Positions 9,973-19,544 of a stretch of 64,000 bases of DNA are shown here, piece by piece. The position numbers were made by a program, and so were the translations under genes. Every line of letters begins with the position of its first letter. The stretch's first letter is position 1. The notes under the pieces were generated by a model that did not search any database, was not told the DNA's origin, and saw only the letters and a list, made by a program, of their open reading frames with translations. The DNA is from Campylobacterota bacterium (GTDB taxonomy: Bacteria > Babelota > Babeliae > Babelales > RVW-14): positions 4,441-68,440 of the forward strand of contig JACKCO010000003.1 in NCBI GenBank assembly GCA_020633995.1, given 5' to 3'.

Positions 9973-12447
9973 ATGAGCATGGAAAAACAATACAAGAGTG
10001 CTGATTGCGAGCAAGAGATAAAAGATTTTTGGCAACAAGAACGTGTTTATGCATTCACCCAAGATGAAACCAAACAAACTTTCAGCATCGACACCCCTCC
10101 TCCCACTGTGTCGGGGGTGCTGCATATCGGCCATATCTTTTCATACACTCACACTGATTTGATCGCTCGCTACAAACGAATGAGTGGACACAATGTTTTT
10201 TATCCCATGGGTTTTGATGACAATGGTCTACCAACAGAACGCTTCGTAGAGAAAAAAAATAATACTAAAGCCTTTTTAATGCCACGCTCAGAATTTATAG
10301 CACTTTGTCTACGTGAAACACATGCGGTAGAGAAAACATTTGAAGAATTATGGCGCTCAATGGGACTCTCGATTGATTGGGACAAAGTATACTCAACTAT
10401 TTCAGAAAAAGTACGAAAAATATCACAATACTCATTTGTCGATTTGTACAATAAAGGTATTGCATACAAAAAAGAAGAGCCTGCACTGTATTGCACGACA
10501 TGCCGAACCTCCGTTGCCCAAGCAGAGCTTGACAATATCGAACAAGCATCAACATTCAACGATCTTATTTTTACTTCAGAGGATGGTGATCGCTTAACCA
10601 TAGCAACAACACGCCCAGAACTTTTACCGGCATGCGTCGCCATTTTCTTTCACCCTGATGATGAGCGCTACAAACACCTGTGCGGAAAATATGCGGTTAC
10701 ACCCGTTTTTGAAAAAAAAGTTAAAATTCTACCTGATGACAAAGTTGATCCCGCAAAAGGAACCGGCCTTGTTATGTGTTGCACGTTTGGGGACCAAACT
10801 GACATTTTCTGGTTTAAAAAGCATAACCTTGATTATGTATACCTTATCGGGATGGATGGCAAATTTACGCGGGAAGGTGGATTCCTACACGATAAACGTG
10901 TACCAGAAGCACGCAAACTAATTATTGAAGAACTTAAAAAAGAAGAGCTCTTGCTTAACCAAAAAAACATAACACACAGCGTCAATGTCCACGAGCGCTG
11001 TAAGCAAGAAATTGAATATGTAATTTTAAACCAATGGTTTATTAAAATTTTAGATTTTAAGGACATTTTCATCGCTCAGGCTGATAAAATTAATTGGTAT
11101 CCCGCTTACATGAAAGCCCGCTATATTGACTGGGTTTCAAATTTAAACTGGGATTGGTGTATTTCTCGTCAGCGTTTTTTTGGCATTCCCTTTCCTGTTT
11201 GGCACTGCCTAGATTGCGGCCATGTTATTATGGCTAATACAGATGACCTTCCTGTCGACCCACAAGAAACCCCGGTCCCAGGTGGAAAATGCGAAAAATG
11301 TTCCAGTACAAATATTCAACCCGAAACCGATGTTATGGACACCTGGAACACTTCAGCACTAACACCACAAATTAATGCCAACTGGCCAGAACAAAGCCCC
11401 GATAACTTAAGCATACCAATGAGCATGCGCCCCCAAGCTCACGACATCATCAGAACCTGGGCATTTGATACCATCATCAAGGCACACTTCCATCAAAATA
11501 CAATTCCATGGAACGATATTGTTATCTCAGGCCACGTACTTGCCGGCAAAGAAAAAATATCCAAGTCAAAAGGCAATAGCAAAATGTCGCCCGATGCACT
11601 GCTCTCAGAATATCCAGCTGATGCTGTTCGTTACTGGGCTGCTCATGGTAGATTAGGCCAAGACACTGCATTTAGTGAAAACCAACTAAAAGTTGGCCAG
11701 CGACTTTTAACAAAACTGTGGAACGCATTTCGCTTTTGTGAGCAAAGCTATGAACAACACTATACAAGCCACAATGAGCACTATATTAAACAACACAGCA
11801 CACTCAGCCAATGGCTATTGCACGAGTTAAGTAAATCATATAAAAGCTATCAACAGTTTTTCCAAAATTATGAATATCACTTTGCACTTGAGACAGCAGA
11901 AAAGTTTTTTTGGCATATCTTTTGCGATAACTACCTTGAACTCATAAAAGATCAGATCTTCAATCCTGACCAATACTGCCCAGAAATTATAGCCAACACT
12001 CACTATGTGCTCTACGAGGCTGGCTTTGCAATACTACAGATGTTTGCTCCTTTCACACCATACATTACTGAAAATCTCTACCTTCAATTTTTCAGCAAGC
12101 ACGAACAGGTGCGTTCTCTACATCTCACACAATTTGACAATACACGATATGAGTACAGCTTTGAAAAGAGTACGGGTGTCATGAACAAAATACTAGATAT
12201 TGTCGGTCAGGTCAGAAGACTAAAAAGCGAAAACCAAATATCGCTCAAGCAAGAAGTTGAACAGTTAATTCTCTACTGCAACGATCAAGCACTACTGGAA
12301 GAAATCGCACAGCATGAAAGACTTATATCCGGTATTAGTAAGGCAAAAACATGTCTGTACAAAAACAGCACCTGCGAGGGATCTCTCATGCAAGAAGATA
12401 ACCAAAAGTATACTGCTCACATAAAAATTGACGGCCCTGCACTATAA
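9973..12447 (+). CDS. valS: Valine--tRNA ligase, short archaeal/actinobacterial type
   Basis: PPPTVSGVLHIGHIFSYTHTDLIARYKRMSGHNVFYPMGFDDNGLPTE (HIGH region), KISKSKGN (KMSKS) and WCISRQ. The ATG at 9973 is preferred to the TTG at 9904. Confidence 0.85.
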   Translation: MSMEKQYKSADCEQEIKDFWQQERVYAFTQDETKQTFSIDTPPPTVSGVLHIGHIFSYTHTDLIARYKRMSGHNVFYPMGFDDNGLPTERFVEKKNNTKAFLMPRSEFIALCLRETHAVEKTFEELWRSMGLSIDWDKVYSTISEKVRKISQYSFVDLYNKGIAYKKEEPALYCTTCRTSVAQAELDNIEQASTFNDLIFTSEDGDRLTIATTRPELLPACVAIFFHPDDERYKHLCGKYAVTPVFEKKVKILPDDKVDPAKGTGLVMCCTFGDQTDIFWFKKHNLDYVYLIGMDGKFTREGGFLHDKRVPEARKLIIEELKKEELLLNQKNITHSVNVHERCKQEIEYVILNQWFIKILDFKDIFIAQADKINWYPAYMKARYIDWVSNLNWDWCISRQRFFGIPFPVWHCLDCGHVIMANTDDLPVDPQETPVPGGKCEKCSSTNIQPETDVMDTWNTSALTPQINANWPEQSPDNLSIPMSMRPQAHDIIRTWAFDTIIKAHFHQNTIPWNDIVISGHVLAGKEKISKSKGNSKMSPDALLSEYPADAVRYWAAHGRLGQDTAFSENQLKVGQRLLTKLWNAFRFCEQSYEQHYTSHNEHYIKQHSTLSQWLLHELSKSYKSYQQFFQNYEYHFALETAEKFFWHIFCDNYLELIKDQIFNPDQYCPEIIANTHYVLYEAGFAILQMFAPFTPYITENLYLQFFSKHEQVRSLHLTQFDNTRYEYSFEKSTGVMNKILDIVGQVRRLKSENQISLKQEVEQLILYCNDQALLEEIAQHERLISGISKAKTCLYKNSTCEGSLMQEDNQKYTAHIKIDGPAL

Positions 12448-12899
12448 TGATCACCATCAAAAACTTTCAACGAAAATTCACTGTCAATAGCAAGGATGTA
12501 CAAACAACTGTACACGCAATGCTGGAAGCTATCGGTTACGTCGACTTTGACCTGAGTATTGTTTTTGTAAGCAAGAAAAAAATTCGAGAACTTAACAAAC
12601 AATACCGCTGCAAAGACAGAGCAACCGATATACTCTCTTTTCCCTTTCACGACATCAAAGCAGGAGAAAAAATTACCATCCAGCATGAAGATGAAAAAAA
12701 CTTGGGCGACTTAATCGTCTGCCCAGAGTACACGGCACAGGATGCTGCAACAAACTGGAGCTGTAGCTACCTAGAACGTCTCCCAGTGCTCTTGGCGCAT
12801 GGTATAGCTCATCTTCTTGGCCATGACCACATAAACGACGTTGATTACAAAAAAATGCAAAAAATAGAACATATGATGCTCAAAGCTGTACGTAACTGA
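12447..12899 (+). CDS. ybeY: rRNA maturation endoribonuclease YbeY
   Basis: HGIAHLLGHDH zinc motif, 150 aa. The ATG overlaps the valS stop (TAATG). Confidence 0.9.
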   Translation: MITIKNFQRKFTVNSKDVQTTVHAMLEAIGYVDFDLSIVFVSKKKIRELNKQYRCKDRATDILSFPFHDIKAGEKITIQHEDEKNLGDLIVCPEYTAQDAATNWSCSYLERLPVLLAHGIAHLLGHDHINDVDYKKMQKIEHMMLKAVRN

Positions 12900-12907
12900 A
12901 AGACCCA

Positions 12908-13657
12908 ATGAAAAAACAAGTAAAGAAAAAAATTGAAGGCGAAATCCTTTATGGTGCGCATCCAATAATTGAGATGCTCAAAGCAAAAAAACGTAAACTC
13001 ATTTCAATTTATACAACAAAAAAAGTACCCAAAGCTTGGGACCGCATTGCGCCCCACCTACCAAAACGTGTCCCAAACATCCAGTATGTCGAACGCAGCG
13101 TCCTGGATCGGCTTGCCGGAAGCACGGAGCACATGGGTGTTGTCGCATGGGTAACACCTTTCAGATTTTGCAAGGCAATTTTTACACCTGACAAAAAACC
13201 TTTGATCTTACTTCTTGATGCTGTTCAAGACGTACGCAACTTTGGAGCTATCCTACGCTCAGCCTACTGCATGGGAATCAATGGCGTTGTCATTTGTAAA
13301 AAAGACTCTGCACCGCTTAATGCTTCAGTTTTTAAGGCGTCTGCGGGCTTGGCAGAATATTTGGATATTCATCTTGCACCATCAATGGCACATGCTGTTA
13401 CCCAGCTCAAACAAAATGGCTACGAAATGTACATGGCCGTACTTGATGGAGTTGATGCAACACAAGTCAGCTACCACAAGGGAAGCTGCCTAGTTATCGG
13501 CAACGAAGCGACTGGCATTGCAAAAAACATACGCAAAGAAGGCACACTCATCACCTTGCCCCAGCGCAATCCAGAAATATCTTACAATGCATCTGTCGCA
13601 TCAGCTTTATTGATGTTTACTGTCGCTCAAAAAATGAACATTTTACCTAAGATTTAA
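12908..13657 (+). CDS. rlmB: SpoU/TrmH-family RNA 2'-O-methyltransferase (RlmB-like)
   Basis: An N-terminal substrate-binding-like segment, then NFGAILRSA, LVIGNEATG and SYNASVASALLMF motifs. Confidence 0.85.
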   Translation: MKKQVKKKIEGEILYGAHPIIEMLKAKKRKLISIYTTKKVPKAWDRIAPHLPKRVPNIQYVERSVLDRLAGSTEHMGVVAWVTPFRFCKAIFTPDKKPLILLLDAVQDVRNFGAILRSAYCMGINGVVICKKDSAPLNASVFKASAGLAEYLDIHLAPSMAHAVTQLKQNGYEMYMAVLDGVDATQVSYHKGSCLVIGNEATGIAKNIRKEGTLITLPQRNPEISYNASVASALLMFTVAQKMNILPKI

Positions 13658-13751
13658 CCGTTACTTTGCTTTTCCCAAATTGTTTTACTATCCTTGCCTT
13701 CACGAGTTTATGATGATCGATTTTTTGACACTGCAAGAAAAAAGAAAAACT

Positions 13752-14399
13752 ATGATCAAATGTAAGAAAATACTGTTGTCATTGTTGTTTGCCGGTAGCG
13801 TATTTATACATTCATTTTGTAGTGGTACCAACACAATGCAAATTGCTCATTTTGGCTCAAGCGTTGCTGCCCCCGCATGCAACCTAGCTGTAATGTGGGG
13901 CAGGAATCTTCGCCCTCAAAAGGCAACTGTCCTAAAATTAGTAGCCTGTTTTTTTCGCATTAGTGAACAACTCGCCGCCATAAACTTACAAAAAGGTAAG
14001 AGTCCAAGTATTGACCAACTTTACTGGATTACGCATTACCTGATTTCCGCTTGCCAAACAAGCCATGAACTGGCCACAAAGGATTTCACTCAAGCCCCAG
14101 ATCTTAGTGATCCGAGAGTAGCTTTTTCCAATAACATTTTAATTAAGCTTTATATGAGCAATCTGTTACTGCTAGAAATGTGGCTTGCTAAAAAAAGCTG
14201 CGAAGCCCAAGCAGAACTCCTATGGAGCAAAGACTTTGAAAATCGTCCAGACCTTGAGTTCTTACTATTGATGCTCCGCAATCTAAGTGAAACCGCTATT
14301 AATGCGGACAAACCTCTTGAGCTCAATATGCTTCATCTTGGCATCGTTCTCTCAATCATTTCATGGATGCATCAAGTAAATAAAAAAACCATGAACTAG
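13752..14399 (+). CDS. Hypothetical signal-peptide protein, helical, hydrophobic C-terminal segment
   Basis: The ORF is open from a TTG at 13680. The Met at 13752 gives MIKCKKILLSLLFAGSVFIHSFCSG. No family recognised. Confidence 0.6.
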   Translation: MIKCKKILLSLLFAGSVFIHSFCSGTNTMQIAHFGSSVAAPACNLAVMWGRNLRPQKATVLKLVACFFRISEQLAAINLQKGKSPSIDQLYWITHYLISACQTSHELATKDFTQAPDLSDPRVAFSNNILIKLYMSNLLLLEMWLAKKSCEAQAELLWSKDFENRPDLEFLLLMLRNLSETAINADKPLELNMLHLGIVLSIISWMHQVNKKTMN

Positions 14400-14429
14400 T
14401 TCAGCTGCTCAGGCACTATAAAAAAATTA

Positions 14430-14466
14430 AAAGTCCCTAGTTTTGGTGATTATTAGGGACTTTTGT
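14430..14466 (+). terminator. Rho-independent terminator
   Basis: AAAGTCCCTA...TAGGGACTTT stem, then a T-rich tail. Confidence 0.7.
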
Positions 14467-14562
14467 CTTAAGAGATTTGCTTTTTTCTCTCACATTATGC
14501 TAACGTTTGAGGGTAGAAATGGAAAACGTAGTACTAATGAAGTGTTTTAGCTATGGACAAAG

Positions 14563-15405
14563 ATGGAAAAAAGACGGGTCTATCAAACAATCAAAAAAGG
14601 GCTTGTACTGACAATTGTCACCGGCACAATTGCCCCACCCGTTTTCCTAATCGTTAAAAAAACATTTAATGATCAGCTCGAACGATTGTACCAGCACTTC
14701 ACACCCGTACGCGTAGCATTCAACTTTTCTGACTTATACAACCAAGAAGTAGCCGACGAACTTATCGAACTCATTAATCAAAAGGCCACAACAACCAGCT
14801 TTATAAATTTAGACAAACAAGAACTTTGTAACACGATTAAAGAAAAGTATCCTATAGTCAATCACATAGAATGGTCATTTAATTCAGATCGCACGTTACA
14901 AGTAATTATCAAAGGCCTGGTTCCCAAACTTGTAATTAATAATAAATACATTTTAACTCAAAGTAGATCTCTTTTTGCTTTACACTGGTTCAAGGATTTC
15001 GACCTTGAAAACAGTCTACACATTACGCTTGATAACAAGCTTATCAGCGAGCAGGTATCACAAAAATTATATGCCTTTCTTACAACCCTGAGTTCACAAA
15101 TCCATAGTGAATTCATGGTAGAGTATAATGACCCTTCTCAGATTTTTTTATTTCCCAAGAAAGACAATCCTCAATATCACATCCTTGTCGATGAAAAAAG
15201 CATAACGGATCATGCTAAATTAAAGTTTGCTCATACAGCCTTTGAGCAATATATGCATGACCATTTTAACAAGACAAAAACTAAGCCTTTTGTAGCAATT
15301 GACGCACGCTTTAAAGATCGCGTGATTATAAAAAAATTAAAGGGAGCCAAAGGGGGAGGTAAGCATGAAAAGAAAAATGCTTGCAGATCACTTCACAGCA
15401 ATTGA
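14563..15405 (+). CDS. ftsQ: FtsQ-like cell division protein
   Basis: Single N-terminal TM helix and about 280 aa. It lies directly upstream of ftsA-ftsZ and overlaps ftsA. The call rests on synteny and architecture, not strong motifs. Confidence 0.6.
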   Translation: MEKRRVYQTIKKGLVLTIVTGTIAPPVFLIVKKTFNDQLERLYQHFTPVRVAFNFSDLYNQEVADELIELINQKATTTSFINLDKQELCNTIKEKYPIVNHIEWSFNSDRTLQVIIKGLVPKLVINNKYILTQSRSLFALHWFKDFDLENSLHITLDNKLISEQVSQKLYAFLTTLSSQIHSEFMVEYNDPSQIFLFPKKDNPQYHILVDEKSITDHAKLKFAHTAFEQYMHDHFNKTKTKPFVAIDARFKDRVIIKKLKGAKGGGKHEKKNACRSLHSN

Positions 15406-16624
15406 CATTGGCACCACCAAAATTTGTGTACTGATCGGCAAAGTTGATTCAAAAAATAATATAGAAATACTTGGCATAGGCCACCATCCGTCGTACGGCC
15501 TAAAGAAAGGTGTCGTAACAGATATTGGACAGACAGTAAATTCGATTAAAAGCGCCATAAATCAAGCAGAAGAAATGGCAGGCGTCAGGGTTGAGACAGC
15601 AACCGTTGGAATTTCTGGCGGACATATTAAATCATTTAACTCTACAGGTGTTGTTGCTATCAAAAACAAAGAAGTTAGCCAAACCGACATTGACCGGGTC
15701 ATTGACGCTGCCAAGGCCATTCCTATCCCCGAGGATCAATACATCCTGCACATATTACCTCAATATTTTCGCATCGACGGCCAAGAATATGTTTTCGACT
15801 CGCTTGGCATGTATGGGGTACGACTTGAAGCACAAGTTCATATCGTTACTGGAGCAGTCTCTTCGGCTCAAAATATCATTAAAGCATGTGAGCTTGCTGG
15901 CATAATCGTCGGTGATATTGTGCTTGAACAAATTGCATCGGCTGATGCGGTCCTTACACAGGCAGAACGTGAAATGGGCGTTGGTATTTTAGATATAGGC
16001 GGCGGAACTTCAGATTTTGCAATTTATAAAGACGGCCGGATTCGACATTCAAAAGTTATTCCTTTAGCTGGTAACCACTTCACTAACGACATTGCCGTTG
16101 GCCTCAACATACCTTTTAAAAAAGCAGAAGCACTAAAACGCATGTACGGATCAGCATCGCAATATACTTCCAAAGAACAACCACAAAATGAATATCTAAA
16201 AATTAATCTAGGCTACGAAGGAGGCATCAAACATATAGCCCGTCATGATATTGACCAAATTCTTTACTTTCGAGCTGAAGAAATTTTAGATATGCTTGCA
16301 GACGAAATCGTACAATATCGTCTCAAAGCATTTATGCCATCTGGCCTTGTGCTCACCGGTGGAGGATCCCTTCTTGCCCATCTAAAAGATCTCGCCTCAC
16401 AAAAATTATCCATGGCAACTAGAATTGGAACACCCGAGTCACTACAAGAAGATATGCAAACAGCCATCCCTGATGTAATTAAAAGTCCAATTTATTCGAC
16501 GGCCTATGGGCTCTTGCTGTACGCTATTAAAGATGTTGATGGAAAAGAAATCATTAAAAGTGACCACTCAGTCTTTACCGGAGTTATGAAAAGAATGAAG
16601 TCGTGGATTTACGATTTTTTTTAA
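15365..16624 (+). CDS. ftsA: Cell division protein FtsA
   Basis: GGGGGAGG RBS. IDIGTTKICVLIG, DIGGGTSD and LTGGGS actin-fold motifs. Confidence 0.93.
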   Translation: MKRKMLADHFTAIDIGTTKICVLIGKVDSKNNIEILGIGHHPSYGLKKGVVTDIGQTVNSIKSAINQAEEMAGVRVETATVGISGGHIKSFNSTGVVAIKNKEVSQTDIDRVIDAAKAIPIPEDQYILHILPQYFRIDGQEYVFDSLGMYGVRLEAQVHIVTGAVSSAQNIIKACELAGIIVGDIVLEQIASADAVLTQAEREMGVGILDIGGGTSDFAIYKDGRIRHSKVIPLAGNHFTNDIAVGLNIPFKKAEALKRMYGSASQYTSKEQPQNEYLKINLGYEGGIKHIARHDIDQILYFRAEEILDMLADEIVQYRLKAFMPSGLVLTGGGSLLAHLKDLASQKLSMATRIGTPESLQEDMQTAIPDVIKSPIYSTAYGLLLYAIKDVDGKEIIKSDHSVFTGVMKRMKSWIYDFF

Positions 16625-16649
16625 ATGAAGAAATAAGAAGGGGAAAGGT

Positions 16650-18002
16650 ATGATCGAACTTAACCTTGAAGAAGAACTAGTTGACACATCGGGCGTTAAT
16701 TTAAAAGTTTTAGGTATCGGAGGTGCTGGTGGCAATGCTGTAAATAGTATGATAAGCAGTGGAGAACTTGACCATGTTAAATTTATTGTTGCTAATACAG
16801 ATGCACAAGCACTCAATCTCTCGCAAGCCAAGCAAAAACTCCAGCTGGGTAAAAAAATTACTAAAGGTCTTGGCGCAGGTTCAAACCCCGACATTGGAAG
16901 ACGTGCGGCCGAAGAAGATATTGAAACAATAACGGAACACATTGCCGACTCAGACATCTTATTTCTCACAGCTGGCCTTGGCGGTGGTACCGGCTCAGGC
17001 GGCATACCTGTTGTCGCACACATTGCGCGTGAAATGGGTATTTTAACAGTAGCCATTGTCACTAAGCCTTTTGTCTTTGAAGGCAAACGCCGCATGCGCC
17101 AAGCAGAAGCAGCACTCGAACAACTCAGACGAGCAGTAGACACACTCATTGTCGTACCCAATCAAAAACTTTTACAAATCGTTGACCAAAAAATTTCTAT
17201 GCTCAATGCGTTTGCACTCTCAAACGATATCCTAAAACAAGCAATTAAAGGTATCTCTGACATCATCACCAAAGCTGGCCACATCAATGTTGACTTCTCT
17301 GACGTAAAGGCAATTATGAAAGACACCGGCATTGCTATGATGGGAACCGGCAAAGCCTCAGGCCCTGACAGAGCCGCTCAAGCAGCGCGTCACGCCATTA
17401 GCTCACCACTACTTGAAAACGTTGACATTAATGGTGCAAGCGGTGTCCTGATCAACATCACTGGTGGACAGGATCTTGGATTATATGAAATTAACGAAGC
17501 TGCATCTCTCATTTATGAAATGGCAAGTGAAGATGCAAACATTATTTTAGGCTCAGTCATTGATGAAGCTATGGAAGACTCCATCATGATTACCGTCATA
17601 GCAACAGGATTTGATGGCCAACATCAAACACAACAGACGGAACAAGAAATTTACTCCACAGCTCAACCCGTCACACGCGAGCCACAGCCAATACACCAAG
17701 CACGTCAACCATCCCATACACCACGCACCCAGCAAGAAGTTGTTCATGAGCTAACTAAGCCTCAGGTACACGTTCAACACACTGAGCCGACCAAGCAAGA
17801 AAGCCCAAAGGGTTACGCCCAATCAACTACCATCCCTGAAATGCATATTGATTTACAAGACTACGATGTGCCAACCTTTTTACGCAAAAAGGCCCAAGAA
17901 CAACAAGAAACAAAATCTGAGCAAAGACTTGAGCAAGCAGAACAGTCAACCCCCGATGAAAACGCAACAACTCTAACAGAAACGCAGCAATTGCACGAAT
18001 AA
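16650..18002 (+). CDS. ftsZ: Cell division GTPase FtsZ with a long Q/E-rich linker and C-terminal extension
   Basis: GIGGAGGNAV and GLGGGTGSG tubulin signature. Conserved C-terminal peptide DYDVPTFLRKKA, followed by 36 extra residues. Confidence 0.95.
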   Translation: MIELNLEEELVDTSGVNLKVLGIGGAGGNAVNSMISSGELDHVKFIVANTDAQALNLSQAKQKLQLGKKITKGLGAGSNPDIGRRAAEEDIETITEHIADSDILFLTAGLGGGTGSGGIPVVAHIAREMGILTVAIVTKPFVFEGKRRMRQAEAALEQLRRAVDTLIVVPNQKLLQIVDQKISMLNAFALSNDILKQAIKGISDIITKAGHINVDFSDVKAIMKDTGIAMMGTGKASGPDRAAQAARHAISSPLLENVDINGASGVLINITGGQDLGLYEINEAASLIYEMASEDANIILGSVIDEAMEDSIMITVIATGFDGQHQTQQTEQEIYSTAQPVTREPQPIHQARQPSHTPRTQQEVVHELTKPQVHVQHTEPTKQESPKGYAQSTTIPEMHIDLQDYDVPTFLRKKAQEQQETKSEQRLEQAEQSTPDENATTLTETQQLHE

Positions 18003-18006
18003 TTTG

Positions 18007-18034
18007 AGGGCGCATTCTTGCGCCCTTCTCTTTT
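18007..18034 (+). terminator. Rho-independent terminator after ftsZ
   Basis: AGGGCGCA-ttct-TGCGCCCT, then a T-rich tail. Confidence 0.75.
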
Positions 18035-18134
18035 ATCGCATTGCTATTTTTTTGCATTTTTTTTCTTTCATTTTTAGACTCAGCTTAACGGTTGTAATAA
18101 TTGAATGTAAATTTTACAAAGCTAAGGTTCTATC

Positions 18135-18743
18135 ATGAAAAAAATTTCACTCCTGTCATTATCCCTGCTCACTTTTTTAACCATGCAAGCTGCAGAACAC
18201 CTCCTTAGCCAAAATCAAAAACTCAACAGTGTAGATCCAATTGTTCAAACGTGGCTACAAACAGTAGAAAATAAAAATGTTTTAGTAGTAGGCAATGAAA
18301 ACAATCTTCTTTCAATTCAAGCTCTACGTAGTGAAAAGCCAGCATCAAGTGTCGCTCTTTTGATTAAACCAACAGATAAAATCGACATTTTATACTCTAT
18401 GGAGCGCAACCTACAAATACATAAAAATGATTTCTCACGTCTTTTATTAGAAGAAAACAGCTTTGATTCGATGATTATAGTAGATGAAATAACAGAATTA
18501 ACCCATGAACAAACAAGAACCTTTTTAGATTGCATGCTCAAAGTTCTCAGACCATCAGGAACAATAACCATCATTGTGTCGCAAGAAATTTTTTATTCAA
18601 ATCTTAAAGATACCCTAAAAAAAGCCCAGTTTAAAATGGAACAAAAAGTTAACCGATATCGAGCCGAATACAAAACAAACAATTCTGGCATTAGCTGCTT
18701 GCGCTACGCAATTACCGCAAGCAAACCTGACTTAACTCAATGA
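18135..18743 (+). CDS. Exported class I methyltransferase-like protein, degenerate SAM motif I
   Basis: Signal peptide [30 protein letters not shown] replaces the GxGxG box. FDSMIIVDEI and LRPSGTITIIV match post-I motifs. Confidence 0.7.
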   Translation: MKKISLLSLSLLTFLTMQAAEHLLSQNQKLNSVDPIVQTWLQTVENKNVLVVGNENNLLSIQALRSEKPASSVALLIKPTDKIDILYSMERNLQIHKNDFSRLLLEENSFDSMIIVDEITELTHEQTRTFLDCMLKVLRPSGTITIIVSQEIFYSNLKDTLKKAQFKMEQKVNRYRAEYKTNNSGISCLRYAITASKPDLTQ

Positions 18744-19510
18744 ACAAACTAGCTAAAATACTGTTAGTGGGATTACTACTCGCTCAGGCGCAATTGTTAA
18801 ACGGTTCTGAAAAAAGCTTCAATCAAATGAATACACCAAAGAGCACGGGGTTTAATATTTGCTGGGGTAGTACATACTGCGAGCAGTGGGTCAAGCAGGC
18901 TCAAAATAAAATGCTTCTTGACCTCAGCTACTGTTTTAGCCCTTGGTCGCTAAAAGCGCTTGAAAATGGAGCCGAACATGTAACTTTTATCGACATTACA
19001 CAAACTGATTTACGCGACATGCAAGATCGTGCTTACGCACAAGATTTTTCTAAAAAAATATCATGCGTATATGCGGACTTTACCCAAATAAGCTTTTTTA
19101 GAGACAGCTTTGATTCTATCTTAATGTCACATATTCTTGCATTTCTCAACCCAACAATGATCCAAAAAACTTTGAATAATGCTTATACCTGGCTTACACC
19201 GGGGGGCACACTGTTTATAATCACTACATCGGCCGAAGCAATAGCCCTGAAAAAATACAAAGCTCTTTACGGTAAGCGAGAAAAGGGCAAATTCGCTCAG
19301 ATTGATTTATCAAAAGAACTTTCGCAAGTAAACCACATCCCCACCGTACACAGCATTATTGCATGTGACGATTTAGTTGCTATGCTAAAATCTATCGGAT
19401 TTGAGATCATCACCAATGAAAAATTTTCAATATCACACAAAACCGAAAAAATTTCTGGCGTAATTTCAGAGTTTTGTGCCGTTGTCGCAAAAAAGCCAAC
19501 GGAAAACTAA
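18740..19510 (+). CDS. Exported class I methyltransferase-like protein, degenerate SAM motif I
   Basis: ATGA start/stop overlap with the previous gene. Signal peptide present. LLDLSYCFSPWS replaces the GxGxG box. FDSILMSHILAFLNP and WLTPGGTLFIITT are conserved. Confidence 0.75.
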   Translation: MNKLAKILLVGLLLAQAQLLNGSEKSFNQMNTPKSTGFNICWGSTYCEQWVKQAQNKMLLDLSYCFSPWSLKALENGAEHVTFIDITQTDLRDMQDRAYAQDFSKKISCVYADFTQISFFRDSFDSILMSHILAFLNPTMIQKTLNNAYTWLTPGGTLFIITTSAEAIALKKYKALYGKREKGKFAQIDLSKELSQVNHIPTVHSIIACDDLVAMLKSIGFEIITNEKFSISHKTEKISGVISEFCAVVAKKPTEN

Positions 19511-19544
19511 CATCCATATTCCTTACTCAAAAAAGGGAGATCTA

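Noticed and set aside
16568-17161. 197-aa minus-strand ORF
   Set aside because: It is antisense to the GTPase core of ftsZ. This is a typical shadow ORF.
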